The notes under the pieces: model-generated
What the model saw: the letters and a program-made list of their open reading frames with translations, nothing else
Told to the model about the DNA's origin: nothing
The model's database searches: none
Shown here: piece by piece, positions 1 to 13,360 of the stretch
Numbering within the stretch: the stretch's first letter is position 1
How the letters are laid out: each line of letters starts with the position of its first letter
Source: Dendrobates tinctorius
Lineage: Eukaryota
Length of the DNA: 64,000 nt
Assembly (NCBI RefSeq): GCF_039654945.1
Contig: NW_027361697.1
Span: 30,132,001-30,196,000, forward strand
Direction of reading: 5' to 3'
Translations under genes and position numbers: made by a program

Positions 1-197
1 ATGCCGCTGTCAGAGATTGACAGTGGAAATTAACAGCCATGGGTGGAGCTCCACTCCATCCGCTGCTGTTAGAGGCGGATGATGGCTGAATGCTTCAGCC
101 ATCATCAGGCAGGAAAGATGGAGGCTTGGCATGCGAGCCCGCATCAAAGTCAGGGAGATGACATAGGACATGCCAGTACATCCTATGTCGGTAAGGG
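1..197. mobile_element. Terminal fragment of a TTAA-type (piggyBac-like) non-autonomous DNA element
   Basis: Ends ...ACATCCTATGTCGGTAAGGG, resembling the reverse complement of the CGCCTTTCCGACATCG start at 26836; internal short palindromes. Confidence 0.35.
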
Positions 198-1351
198 ATC
201 CAGGGAACAAGATCATGTCATAGAAAAAACTATGACAACATTTTTAAAAAAGTACTTATATTAGAAAGACCTGATTTAGGCAATAGGTCATTTTCTGATG
301 ATACACTCTCTAAGTTCTTTCATTCAGTTGGATGATGTGTTGCACCAAGAACGTGTGTGATACCCATGTCTAATTAGCTGGGAGTCTGACTCTCAGCATT
401 AGCATTACTCCATAATAAACCCTTCCGCTCAGTAGACATGGATACAGAAAATGTTGTTTTTCAAAAGTCAAGCAGAAGGATTTTTTTTATAGCAATAGCT
501 CTATAAAATTATTTGTAATCTGTAAGAAGCTTATAACATACAGTCTTATGTTTCATCAACCACTTCACAGTTGGCACAGTCATAGGAATACTGTGCGCCA
601 AAAATGGTATTAGTAGATGCTTAGGAAAGGGATATCTGCTTTTTATCAAGCTCAATCAGCACATATAATACATTATAGACTTACAATATAAACAGATGTA
701 AACCCAGGGTGTGAACAGAGTGTGGGAAAAAATCTGCATAATAGTCAGAAAAGGGTATCAATTTCCTTTTTCTCAAAGGGAACCTGTCACATCAATGAAT
801 GCTATTAACCTGCAAATATAGGCGACTAGTCAGCGTATAACTCGGACGAGAACTATCCAATGTTTTAGCAATTATAACTCACTCCAATGTTATAATATGG
901 AGCAGTACTGACTAGCAATCAATTGAGTAGATAATCCAGCTCAAAGGGTCCCATAAAATCTTCTTAATTTTACTGAAAAATTCTTTAAAAAATTACCAGT
1001 CCATTCAGTGTAGAAAGCACAATCCCCAATGTGGTTAATGAAAGTTTAAAAGAATGTGGGTATTCCCAATAGATGTTGGACAGAACAAACAGTTCGACCA
1101 CTGGTACAAATAGACAAGATATGTTGAAAGAGAAAACATCAGAAAACTTACAAACGGATCCCAATCAATTGGCGTTTGTAACACAATACAGTTCACAATT
1201 TGTGGAGATTAAAAATATTTTTTAAAAATGTATTCCAATATTACCGTATATCAAAACGAAATGTAATATACTGTAATATATTGACTCATCCCATAAGATT
1301 CTCTGCTAAAAGATCACCATCTCTAGGAGATATGATGTCTCTAAGTCTATA

Positions 1352-2913
<1,562 letters not shown>

Positions 2914-4538
2914 CAGTGGATACGGAAAGTATTCAGACCCCTTCAAATTTTTCACTCTTTGTTTCATTGCAGCCATTTTGTAAATTCCAAAAAGTTAATT
3001 TTTTTCTCATTAATGTACACTCTGCACCTCATCTTGACTGAAAAAAAAAACAGAAATGTAGAAATTTTTGCAAATTTATTAAAAAAGAAAACCTGAAATA
3101 TCACATGGGCATAAGTATTCAGACCATTTGCTCAGTATTGAGTAGAAGCACCCTTTTGAGCTAGTACAGCCATGAGTCTTCTTGGGAATGATGCAACAAG
3201 TTTTTCACACCTGGATTTGTGGATCCTCTGTCATTCTTCCTTGCAGATCCTCTCCAGTTCCATCAGGTTGGATGCTGAACGTTGGTGAGCAGCCATTTTC
3301 AGGTCTCTCCAGAGATGCTCAATTGGGCTTAGGTCAGGGCTCTGGCTGGGCCAGTCAAGAATGGCCACAGAGTTGTTCTGAAGGCACACCTTTATTATTT
3401 TAGCTGTGTGCTTAGGGTCATTGTCTTGTTGGAAGGTGAACCTTCGACCAAGTCTGAGGTCCAGAGCACTCTGGAAGAGGTTTTCATCCACGATATCTCT
3501 GGACTTGGCTGCATTCATATTTCCTTCAACTGCACCCCATCATCCTGTCCCTGCAGCTGAAAAACACCCCCATAGCGTGATGCTGTCACCACCATGTTTC
3601 ACTCTTGGGATTGTATTGGGCAGGTGATGAGCAGTGCCTGGTTTTCTCCACACATACCGCTTAGAATTATCACCAAAAAGTTGTATCTTCGTCTCATCAG
3701 ATGAGAGAATCCAATTTCTCATAGTCTGGGAGTCGTTCATGTGTTTTTTAGCAATCTCTATGCAGGCTTTCATATGTCTTACACTGAGGAGAGGCTACTG
3801 TCAGGCCACTCTGCCATCAAGGCCCGACTGGTCGAGGGCTGCTGTGATAGCTGACTTTGTGAAACTTTCTCCCATCTCCCTACTGCATCTTTGGAGCTCA
3901 GCCACAGTGATCTTGGGGTTCTTCTTTACCTATCTTACCAAGGCTCTTCTCCCACAATTGCTCAGATTGGCTGGACAGCCAGGTCTAGGAAGACTTCTGG
4001 TGGTTCCAAACTTCTTCCATTTAAGGATTATGGAGGCCACTGTGCTCTTAGGAACCTTGAGTACTGCAGAAATTCTTTTGTTACCTTGTCCAGATCTGTG
4101 CCTTACCAAAATTCTGTCTCTGAGCTCCTTGGCCAGTTCCTTTGACCTCATAATTCTCATTTGGTCTGACATGCACTTTGAGCTGTGAGGTCTTGTGTGT
4201 GCCTTTCCATATCAAGTCCTATCAGTTTAATTAAACACAGCTGGACTCCAATGAAGGAGTAGAACCATCTCAAGGGGGATCACAAGGAAATTGACAGCAT
4301 GTGTCTTAAATATGAGTGTCTGAGCAAATGGTCTGAATACTTATGACCACGTGATATTTCGTTTTTTCTTTTTTAATAAATTTGCAAAAGTGTCTACATT
4401 TCTGGTTTCTTTCCATCTATATGGGTGCAGAGTGTACATTAATGAGAAAAAAAAGAACTTTTTTAAATTTACCAAATGGCTGCAATGAAACAAATAGTGA
4501 TAAATTTAAAGGGGTCTGAATACTTTTCATACCCACTG
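2914..4538 (-). mobile_element. Tc1/mariner IR/DR transposon B, full length but degenerate
   Basis: TA|CAGTGGATACGGAAAGTATTCAGACCC ... GGGTCTGAATACTTTTCATACCCACTG; about 210-bp TIRs with an inner DR (AAGTATTCAGACC near 3113). Confidence 0.93.
3132..4151 (-). pseudogene. Tc1 transposase pseudogene (element B)
   Basis: ORF pieces 3930-4172 (MRSKELAKELRDRI), 3540-3773 (SDETKI) and 3231-3518 (QQDNDPKH...SPDLSPIEHLW), broken by stops and frameshifts. Confidence 0.9.
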
Positions 4539-4833
4539 TGTAGTCTGCAATAAGACAGGGACATGTGAACAGTTCCATAGATTATATTGAATACGTGTTT
4601 TGTCAGTGAAAAATTCAGATACAACACACATGTGATTTTTAGTGTTGCTTTAAATAAGTGACAATATAATTAAATATGGAACCAATGAAACCAAAGTGCA
4701 TTACAATATGACTATTTTACATTGGGACAATGCCAAAGTAAGGTGATGCAGACAAAAATCATTCAGTTCATGTGATTTGGCTTAAAGGGAATGTCTAAAG
4801 TAATGAACTTCAGTTTAAATGTATATATATGAA

Positions 4834-5373
4834 TGTGACGCTAGTCACTACTCATGGATAAGCCATGAGGCTGGGTAGTCAAGAGGTCAAGGGTCAAATA
4901 CCAAGAGGGCTTGACTTAAACAAAGGGGTGAGGCAAAGGCATATCAGGTCATATTCCGAGGTCAAAATTCCAGGAAGGTAGCGGATCAAGACAAAAGGGC
5001 AAGGCAAGCGGATAGTCAAAGGCAAGGTCAAAGGTTAGGCAACAAAGATTAAATACAGGAAAACAGAGTACAGGGCAAGCACACACCACATGAGCTAAGC
5101 TAAAACTGGCACTAATTGGATGCAAAAAGTCAGCTGCATAGACAGGTAATCAGATGAATAGGAGTCACATGGAGGAAGCCCCAGCACACCCCAGCCCTGA
5201 TTGGACAGCTGAACTGTCACTCAACACACTGACAGTTCAGCATGCCCCAGACTCCGACTGGACAGCTAAACTTTCCATCACGATACTGACAGCTCAGCAC
5301 TCCCCTTTCCTAGATTGGATGGCTGAACTGTCACTCCCTGCTTCCAGATGCACAGATAGGCAGAATCATGACA
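4834..5373. mobile_element. Solo-LTR-like repeat (Gypsy type)
   Basis: TGTGAC...CATGACA termini; related sequence at 10197-10450 (same strand) and about 12790-13000 (inverted). Confidence 0.5.
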
Positions 5374-6133
5374 ATAAGTACATAGAATACAAATAATGTC
5401 AGAGATATCATTTTTTATATAATTTTGAGGCACATATTTCATTTTTGCATTGTCTTCACAGACAAGGTGTGCATGGAAGTTTAAACGGATCGAAGTCAAA
5501 TGACCTAAAAATGTAGGCAATTACTACAGTGTGAGACGGTTGTCGGTGGGGACCCACTGCGCCACTGGCAGAGTTTACCCTGGAGGAGTATAACTAAGTG
5601 ATTACCTGGTCTTCACTAGATCCTCTGATGGTAAGGATAGGCTTGGTCCATTATTGTAGTCACCAGGTGCCACATCGGGGCTGTCCCCAGACCTGCAGCA
5701 GCTGACTGAAAGGTAACAGGCACAGCATAAAGCACTGAGGACACAGACAGATGTGGTCAGATAGTCCAAGGTTGGGCAGGTAGCACAGGATCAAAATATG
5801 AAGCCAAGGTCAGGAGCCGAGAGGTCAGACAAAACAAGTTAATAAACCGGGTAAGTAGTAGCAGAGACAAAATAATAATGTACCTAGACACATTACTAGC
5901 GTGGAACTGCAGCTAAAAAGATAAGTTCAGGCAAGGTGAGGAGGGAGGAGCTGTCTAATATATCCCCTGCTGGCAGGGGATAAGTCAGGGAAGCAAAACT
6001 CTGCAGGACACAGAAGGTTAAATTCCTGCAGAGTCTGGCCACTCCTCCCTATAGCCAGGTGAAGACTCTCCAGCAACAGGAAGATTCAGCAGTGCTGGGA
6101 ATGTTGTAAGAGGCAGCTCACCAATATGGCCTG

Positions 6134-9100
6134 TGTCATGATCTGACAGTTTTAAATTGCACTGGGTGAACTTTTTTTACTTTGGAAAGTTCCAAGGTGT
6201 CTTGACTGTCCCCGGTGGTGGTTAGTGGTATTGCACTTTAGGTTTTTGTGCACTTAATTATGGATCAGGTGTGACACCCTATAAAGGTGTGCTAGGGGTG
6301 TGCAATCACTGCCTGTGATATTGTGAGATTGTTTTCACTCTGAGTTTGAGAGCCTGGAGGAAGGATGGAGCTGGTGAGGAGTCCTGCGCAGCTTAGCCAG
6401 GGGGGACGTGTTTCAGCTATGGTGTCTGGACGAAGGGCTGGCATGGCGTGGTGGGGTCGCAGTGATGGTGTCAGCGGGAAGTGTCTGCATGGGCTGGTGG
6501 AGTGGCGACTATGGAGAGTGGCACTCACCATGTGGGACTTGGCTGCTGAGCTGGACTCAAGCATGCTCGACTTCGTGTCAGAAGCTGAACTCATCCTTGG
6601 GACTCTGTTACTAAGCAGCTGCAACTGGTGGTGGACTCTGCTCCAAGGCTGCACTAAGGTGAAGGATCCTGTTATGGTGATGGATCCGGATGGAGGAGAA
6701 GACGCACGCAGGTGGTAGGCTCTGTTGCTAGGAGCGCACGCAACAGAGCAAAGCTAAGTGGTGTTTCCCCTGTGTTGTCTCTTTCCTCATGTGTGTTATT
6801 AGTGCAGTGGTGGGATTAGTCTCCGCACCGACCCATTCCCTAGTGAGGGTTTAGGGTCAGGGTGAGCAAGGGCGTTAAGGTACGCGTGCGGCGACAGGTG
6901 CGGAGCCTGTATAGGGAATGTAAGGAGTGCAGGGACACTGGCTCAGGGGAGCTTAGGAGGTCTCCACGTCCCCCATTCCCTATCGCAGGGCCCATCATTG
7001 TTAAAGTTACCCAGGTTCCCCCTTTATTATTTGATTATTGTATAACGTGTAATACCTAAATTCGCCAGGTGGAGGCGGCGTATCCACCGGCACGTTTTAT
7101 TATTTAAATGCGCCCCACTGGAGGCGGTGTATCCAGGGTCACGTGTGTCACATGGGTTCGCCTTGCGGAAACATCTGCGTCCTGACACACGTGATCATGA
7201 CATTATCACAGGCCCTACAATTTTTTTTTTCTGGTGAGCCTTGGCCATGTGGAGACCTGTTAGTAATTGCTGCCGGGCCTCACTGAGGTTAGTGGGGAGC
7301 GGCATGGTGTGTTGGAGCCGCTGCAGCAGTAGTTATCAGGGCCTGGGGCCTCTGCTCAGCTAACCAGAAAATAAAAAAATTAAAAAAAATGGCGGCTGCG
7401 GTCTGGCTAAAGCCCCCTAGAGTCGCTGCTGGGGAGCGGGACAGGTTCATGCATGCGGGCGCACCCAGGCAGGTGGGAGGAATGGTGCCCCATGGAGCTG
7501 CCTGGTATTCCCCGAGGTGAAGGGGTACGCCCCTGTGGTGAGCTGACTGGTGTGATGGTCCGCGGGGTTTACGCCAAATCTTCTATACCATCGAAGAAGC
7601 CGCCCTCCTGGTTGTGTGGAGTCAACCAGCGAGTGTATGTTTCCTCCATATCCGTTCCCTCTCCTCCTGGTGTGTGCAGCAGGTGTGCTGCGGGGGAGTA
7701 GGGAAAAATCTCAACCCTCGCCATTAACCAACCCTGGAGGCGCAGACCTCATGGTGAAAGGGTTGGAGGGTGGTGTCCCTTGGTGAATAGCGGGGGTGTG
7801 AGTGTGGTGACAGCGGAGGGACGCCTCTGTTGAGTCCAGAATGAGTTCACCTAAATATGACAAACGAATGTGTGCAATAAACGTTCAGGTCCGGACCTGT
7901 GTGTGAACGAGCGTGTATGTGTGCCACCAAAAAACATCCTGTGGAAGTGTGTTGTGGAGCCTGATCAGCTCATAACAAACAAACATACACATACATAAAC
8001 TCGTTCCCCAGGTCGGCGCTGTGGAGATGAGTGGTGCCTCCAAAATGAACTTTATTTCCAATACCAGCGGTGCGTTTGTCATAAACCTGAAGTGTCAGGT
8101 AATGGTGGGGTGAACTCAGGGTCTGGGCGTCCCCGCTGTAGGTGTTTCCCTAATGAGGGGTGGTCTTGAGGGTCCAGAGGCCCCTCATTAAGGAGGGGGT
8201 ACTGTCATGATCTGACAGTTTTAAATTGCACTGGGTGAACTTTTTTTACTTTGGAAAGTTCCAAGGTGTCTTGACTGTCCCCGGTGGTGGTTAGTGGTAT
8301 TGCACTTTAGGTTTTTGTGCACTTAATTATGGATCAGGTGTGACACCCTATAAAGGTGTGCTAGGGGTGTGCAATCACTGCCTGTGATATTGTGAGATTG
8401 TTTTCACTCTGAGTTTGAGAGCCTGGAGGAAGGATGGAGCTGGTGAGGAGTCCTGCGCAGCTTAGCCAGGGGGGACGTGTTTCAGCTATGGTGTCTGGAC
8501 GAAGGGCTGGCATGGCGTGGTGGGGTCGCAGTGATGGTGTCAGCGGGAAGTGTCTGCATGGGCTGGTGGAGTGGCGACTATGGAGAGTGGCACTCACCAT
8601 GTGGGACTTGGCTGCTGAGCTGGACTCAAGCATGCTCGACTTCGTGTCAGAAGCTGAACTCATCCTTGGGACTCTGTTACTAAGCAGCTGCAACTGGTGG
8701 TGGACTCTGCTCCAAGGCTGCACTAAGGTGAAGGATCCTGTTATGGTGATGGATCCGGGTGGAGGAGAAGACGCACGCAGGTGGTGGGCTCTGTTGCTAG
8801 GAGCGCACGCAACAGAGCAAAGCTAAGTGGTGTTTCCCCTGTGTTGTCTCTTTCCTCATGTGTGTTATTAGTGCAGTGGTGGGATTAGTCTCCGCACCGA
8901 CCCATTCCCTAGTGAGGGTTTAGGGTCAGGGTGAGCAAGGGCGTTAAGGTACGCGTGCGGCGACAGGTGCGGAGCCTGTATAGGGAATGTAAGGAGTGCA
9001 GGGACACTGGCTCAGGGGAGCTTAGGAGGTCTCCACGTCCCCCATTCCCTATCGCAGGGCCCACCATTGTTAAAGTTACCCAGGTTCCCCCTTTATTATT

Positions 9101-9271
9101 TGATTATTGTATAACGTGTAATACCTAAATTCGCCAGGTGGAGGCGGCGTATCCACCGGCACGTTTTATTATTTAAATGCGCCCCACTGGAGGTGGTGTA
9201 TCCAGGGTCACGTGTGTCACATGGGTTCGCCTTGCGGAAACATCTGCGTCCTGACACACGTGATCATGACA
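6134..9271 (+). mobile_element. Young non-autonomous LTR retrotransposon (two 1069-bp LTRs, 1.0-kb non-coding interior)
   Basis: LTRs 6134-7202 and 8203-9271 with about 4 visible differences; TGTCATGATC/GATCATGACA ends; 5-bp TSD GCCTG; PPT AAGGAGGGGGTAC before the 3' LTR. Confidence 0.95.
7204..7213 (+). promoter_or_regulatory. Self-priming-type primer binding site
   Basis: TATCACAGGC is the exact reverse complement of GCCTGTGATA (6311-6320), located about 30 nt after TATAAA (6280) in the LTR; no TGG tRNA-type PBS. Confidence 0.75.
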
Positions 9272-9342
9272 GCCTGACACTGGGAGGAGAAGAGCGGCAA
9301 ACACAGAGAGTAGGACAGCATCCACTAACCGTGTATGTCACA

Positions 9343-10190
9343 GGAACTTATGCCCCTTCCCCTTTTGGCCAGACTGATGGAGAAACCTTTTAAGAATGGT
9401 AGGGGCGCAGATATTCTTAGCAGGCTCCCAAAATCTGTCCTCATGACCACAACCCTTACAAGCAACCATGTAGAAGGTCCTCTTCTGAACTGTCTTAGAA
9501 TTCAGAATGTCCTTTACATCATACACATCCAAGGGCTCCTCATGAACAGAAGCAGAGGCAGGAGTATGGAATTTAGAGAGGAGATTCAGCAACACTGGTT
9601 TCAGGAACAAGACGTGGAAATAATTCTGAATCTGTAGATTCACCAGGAGCTTATGGTTCTAAATCACTGGATTGATTTGTCTGTGGATTTTGAATGACCC
9701 AAAGTACCGAGGGGCAAACTTATAGGAAGGCACCTTCAGGAGAATATTTTGAGAAGATAATCAGACTTTATCTCCAGGTTGGTAATGAGGTGGAGAACTC
9801 CTGTCTGCATGAGATTTCACCTGAAACACGGCCTTAGCGAGGAAGGCCCAAGTTTGCTGCCAGATCTGGAAGAATTTGCCATTCAGCTACTGGTACTATA
9901 GAGGAAGCAGACATTGGAAGGAGCACTTGAGGACGCTGGGAGTATATAACTAAAACTGGGGATGCTCCAGAAGACTCCCCAATGTGGTTGTTGGAGAAAA
10001 TTCCACCCAGTGAAGTAACTGCTCCCAATCATCCTTACAGGCAGAGATAAAGTGGTATAGGTAGTTCTCAAGAACTTGATTGACCCTTTCACTTGTCCAT
10101 AGACGGCATGGCAGTCAATTTCTACAGATAATTTATTTCATACTTCTCATTCCTCGTGGCACCCATGGTCTGAAGTTAGTATGCATAAGA
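9343..10190 (-). pseudogene. Gypsy integrase C-terminus plus chromodomain remnant
   Basis: ORF 9338-9643 YDVKDILNSK...YMVACKGCGHEDRFWEPAKNI is chromodomain-like; ORF 9883-10092 on the minus frame resembles the integrase core end. Confidence 0.75.
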
Positions 10191-10459
10191 CAAAACTGTG
10201 ACGCTTGTCACTACTCACTGACAACTGCGAGGCTGGGTAGTCAAGAGGTTTGAAACCAAAAGCCAGGAGGCTACATCATAGACAAAAGCGTGAGACAAAG
10301 GTGTAGTCAGGTTACTGTCTGGGGTCAGAATTCCAAGATGGTAGTGGATCACAACAAAAGGGCTAGTCAAACATAAGGTCAAAGACAAATCCAAAGTCAA
10401 GCAACAAAGATCAGAATACAAAACTAGGAGCACAGAGTACAGAACAAGCCTGATGGCCT

Positions 10460-11260
10460 CCTTTAGCCTCTGCCAGTTCCTTCTGTCATTCTGTCATACT
10501 GCAATGCATTTCATCACAGACTTGCCCCTCTCTGAGGGTTGTAAGGGAGGGCCAGGACCATAGTCGTGACCTGTATTCCGGTATCAGCTGCGCCCAGCCC
10601 TTCCCCTACGTGAAACCATACTATGCTCCTCAGCATACCTGCATCTCCAGATTCATGTTCACCCAGGGACTTCCCAGGCCACAATGGTCCCTCTTCTAGG
10701 TGACCCCTATCAATGGAGACACAGTCCGAGACAACTTTAACACTTTCCTTACTTAGGATTTTGCACAATACATCCACAGTTGGTACATCATAACATTTGC
10801 TTTCTTCCTGATCTTTCCCTTGCTTGTTGTCACTTGTGTGCAGTACACGCCCGGACAGGACCGAACTAAACTGCTTCCCAGTTCCTTCCAGGTCTGACCT
10901 CACTATAATGACATTTCCTTCAGCCTGTTTCACCCCAGACATGAATTCATCAATCACTATGCTTGGTACCCCAGGTGAAGCATCCGGCCCGTCTGTACCA
11001 ATCTCATCGATGTTCCAACTCCTTTCATCTCCTTAATCCAGCCAATGTCTGCCCTAAAGCAGTGGCCCATGCGGCGAGACGTTACAGCTTCCTTTTCCTG
11101 TTCTGACCAACTGCTAAGACCTGCAGTGGCCGTGGGTACCGTGGGCAATAACGACTTAACGTTACGTGACTGCCAAGCTGTCCAGACCTATAGCCCATGT
11201 GGACTCTTGGGAGCCCTGGCCCCGTCTGACTAAACCACTCTCCAGCACTAACCGTAACTC
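10460..11260 (-). pseudogene. Degenerate Gypsy (possibly Gmr1-like) integrase remnant
   Basis: ORF 10514-10957 resembles a decayed integrase (TTMVLALPYNPQR is similar to the TxxYHPQ motif). Confidence 0.4.
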
Positions 11261-11512
11261 TCAGCAGCCCCTTCTACAATTATCCCTCTATGAACCTCCT
11301 ATCAGATCCCACTAATATGCCCCACCTAGTGGCCCACAACATAATTACAACTACTCAGTCTATGGGGGAACTATAAACTAAAAGTGCCCTCCTCTAATGT
11401 CCCAAGAAGGATGCACTAACTTTCCCTGACTGCACATACACAAATGACACATAATATACAGTACATGCAATATTATCATACGGAAACATGAAGCAATATA
11501 TATACAGTTGTC

Positions 11513-12316
11513 TGTTGTGAGTTCATTTTCCCCTTCGTCACTGGGGTCTGGTGAACTCCCTATTCTGGTAAAGGAAGGTAATGAGCCTGATTATCAGGCA
11601 CCTGAGTCTAATGAGGATGACTGGCTGAGTGGAGTCACGGACTGGATATAAGGCTGCCGACGCCCTTCTGCCCTGCGGGTGATTTCTCTGTGGACTTCTA
11701 GGACACCAGTCTGATTCCTGCTCCTCTAAAGCTAAGTTTTCTGTTTTGCCTGTTAGCTTTTTTGTTTTATTTTTTGTTTTCCTTGCTTTTCAGTATTCTG
11801 CCATTCCCTGCTGGGGTGAGCTGAATCTCCTTTTGCCTGTAGCTCTGTCTTCAGTATATTCCTGAGTACTGACATACCTTTTTTGAAGCCTAGCGTCTTC
11901 AGGGCCTTTTTCACTGTCAGTCTGTTGGCTCTTATTTTCATAGGGTTTTTCATGGATTGCAGACAGCAGCCTTCCTGTCCTTTTCTATCTAGTTAGCTTG
12001 GGCCCCTCTTTGCTCAGTCTATCTTTCTGTCTGTGTTAGTATTTTCATCTTGCTTCACCGTCATTATATGTTGGGGGCTGCCTATTGCTTTGGGGTCTGC
12101 TCTGGGGCAGTTTAGATTTCCCCTTTCTTTCTTTAGGCCTATTTAATTCTCCGGCTGTGATCGAGGGGTCTAGGGCATCGTAGGAACCCCCCACGGCTAC
12201 TGCTAGTTGTGTTGATAGGTTCAGGGGTCTGCAATCCGATAGCTGCCAACTTCTCTGGTTTTCTGGACTTAGCTAGCATTTCTGTTTTTGCCTCCTACGG
12301 TGACTCAATCATAACA
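11513..12316 (+). mobile_element. Solo LTR of the chromoviral Gypsy family at 46422-53047
   Basis: TGTTGTGAGTTC...CATAACA; clearly homologous to the LTRs at 46422, 47381 and 52241; flanked by GTTGTC on both sides. Confidence 0.92.
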
Positions 12317-12469
12317 GTTGTCTATATAATGGTAACACATTCAAGTGGCAATACCATAAGTAGTGAGCGGTAATACATAATTATAAATGTAGCAGTACAG
12401 CAGGCAATAATCATAAAAAACACGTCTGTAAACATTAAGAACTGGAAGACAATCAGAGGGAAGGGAGGC

Positions 12470-12730
12470 ATGAGAGACATCATATCTTACCCTCTTACAG
12501 GGTTACAACATCATCTGTGTCATAGTTCTCCAAGATGGTTCACTTCATTCCCTGGTCGTTCTTACTTCCACTCCCAAGCTCTCCACAAGTTCTTTCAGAA
12601 TGTGTTTCACCTCCATGGTCTTCAGCTCCTCATTTTCTCTGATCGTGTGGTCCAGTACACATTCAAATTTTGTAGAGCTCTTTGCAAGCTGCTGAATATC
12701 CAACTGGATTTTTGTCATAATTCCGCCTAT
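12470..12730 (+). pseudogene. Gypsy integrase core remnant
   Basis: FFQNVFHLHGLQLLIFSDRVVQYTFKFCRALCKLL resembles the LHGxPxxIVSDRGxQFxSxFW motif. Confidence 0.7.
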
Positions 12731-13014
12731 CAGTGTGTCTGGATGTAGTGAATGACAATTCTGCCAACTAATCTAGGGTAGGGGCAAGCTGAGCTGTCAG
12801 TATTGTGATACACAGCTTAGCTGTCTAATCGGATGCTGGTGCATGCTGAGCTGTCAGTGTTTTGTGTGACAGTTTAGCCGTCCAATCAGGACCTGGTTGT
12901 GCCAGGGCTGCATCCATATGTTTCCTGTTCGGAGTCATTGCCTGGCTATTTAGCTAGCTCTCTACCTTAGATTGCTGCCAGTTGTAGCTTTGCTTAAGAG
13001 GTGTGTGTGGGAGA

Positions 13015-13360
13015 CTTGTTTCTGGCACACGGTGAACAGGTGGTTACAAAGTTTTGAACATCCTTGACCAGTGAAGGCCACCAGAAGCAGCGAGCAATCA
13101 GCTCAGTAGACTTATGTATGCCCACATGGCCGGCCAACTTGGATTCGTGTCACCAGGACAGAATTCTCCTCCTCCTACCAGTAGGAATAAAGGTCTTTCC
13201 AGGACAGATGTCTTTTAAAAGAACAGGAGCCACTTCAACAATCCTAGCTGTGTTAATGATGTGCTGTGATTCCTTCTCATAATCAGACATGTGAAAGGAT
13301 CAAGATAAAGCATTTGCTTTAACATTGTTCTACGCAGGACGGAAGTGCAACTCAAAGCAG
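13015..13360 (-). pseudogene. Gypsy RNase H end / integrase HHCC remnant
   Basis: Manual translation gives NNVKANALS and AGHVGIHKSTELIARCFWWPSLVKDVQNFVTTCSPCARNK. Confidence 0.75.

Larger units (their letters stand above)
5530..9342 (-). mobile_element. Old Gypsy LTR interrupted by the 6134-9271 element
   Basis: TGTGAGAC start and GTCACA end; abuts chromodomain-integrase remnant; sequence is continuous across the GCCTG TSD. Confidence 0.55.

Noticed and set aside
6292-6718. 117-130-aa ORFs repeated at 8361-8826
   Set aside because: They lie within the LTRs, have no recognisable domain, and the stop position differs between copies.
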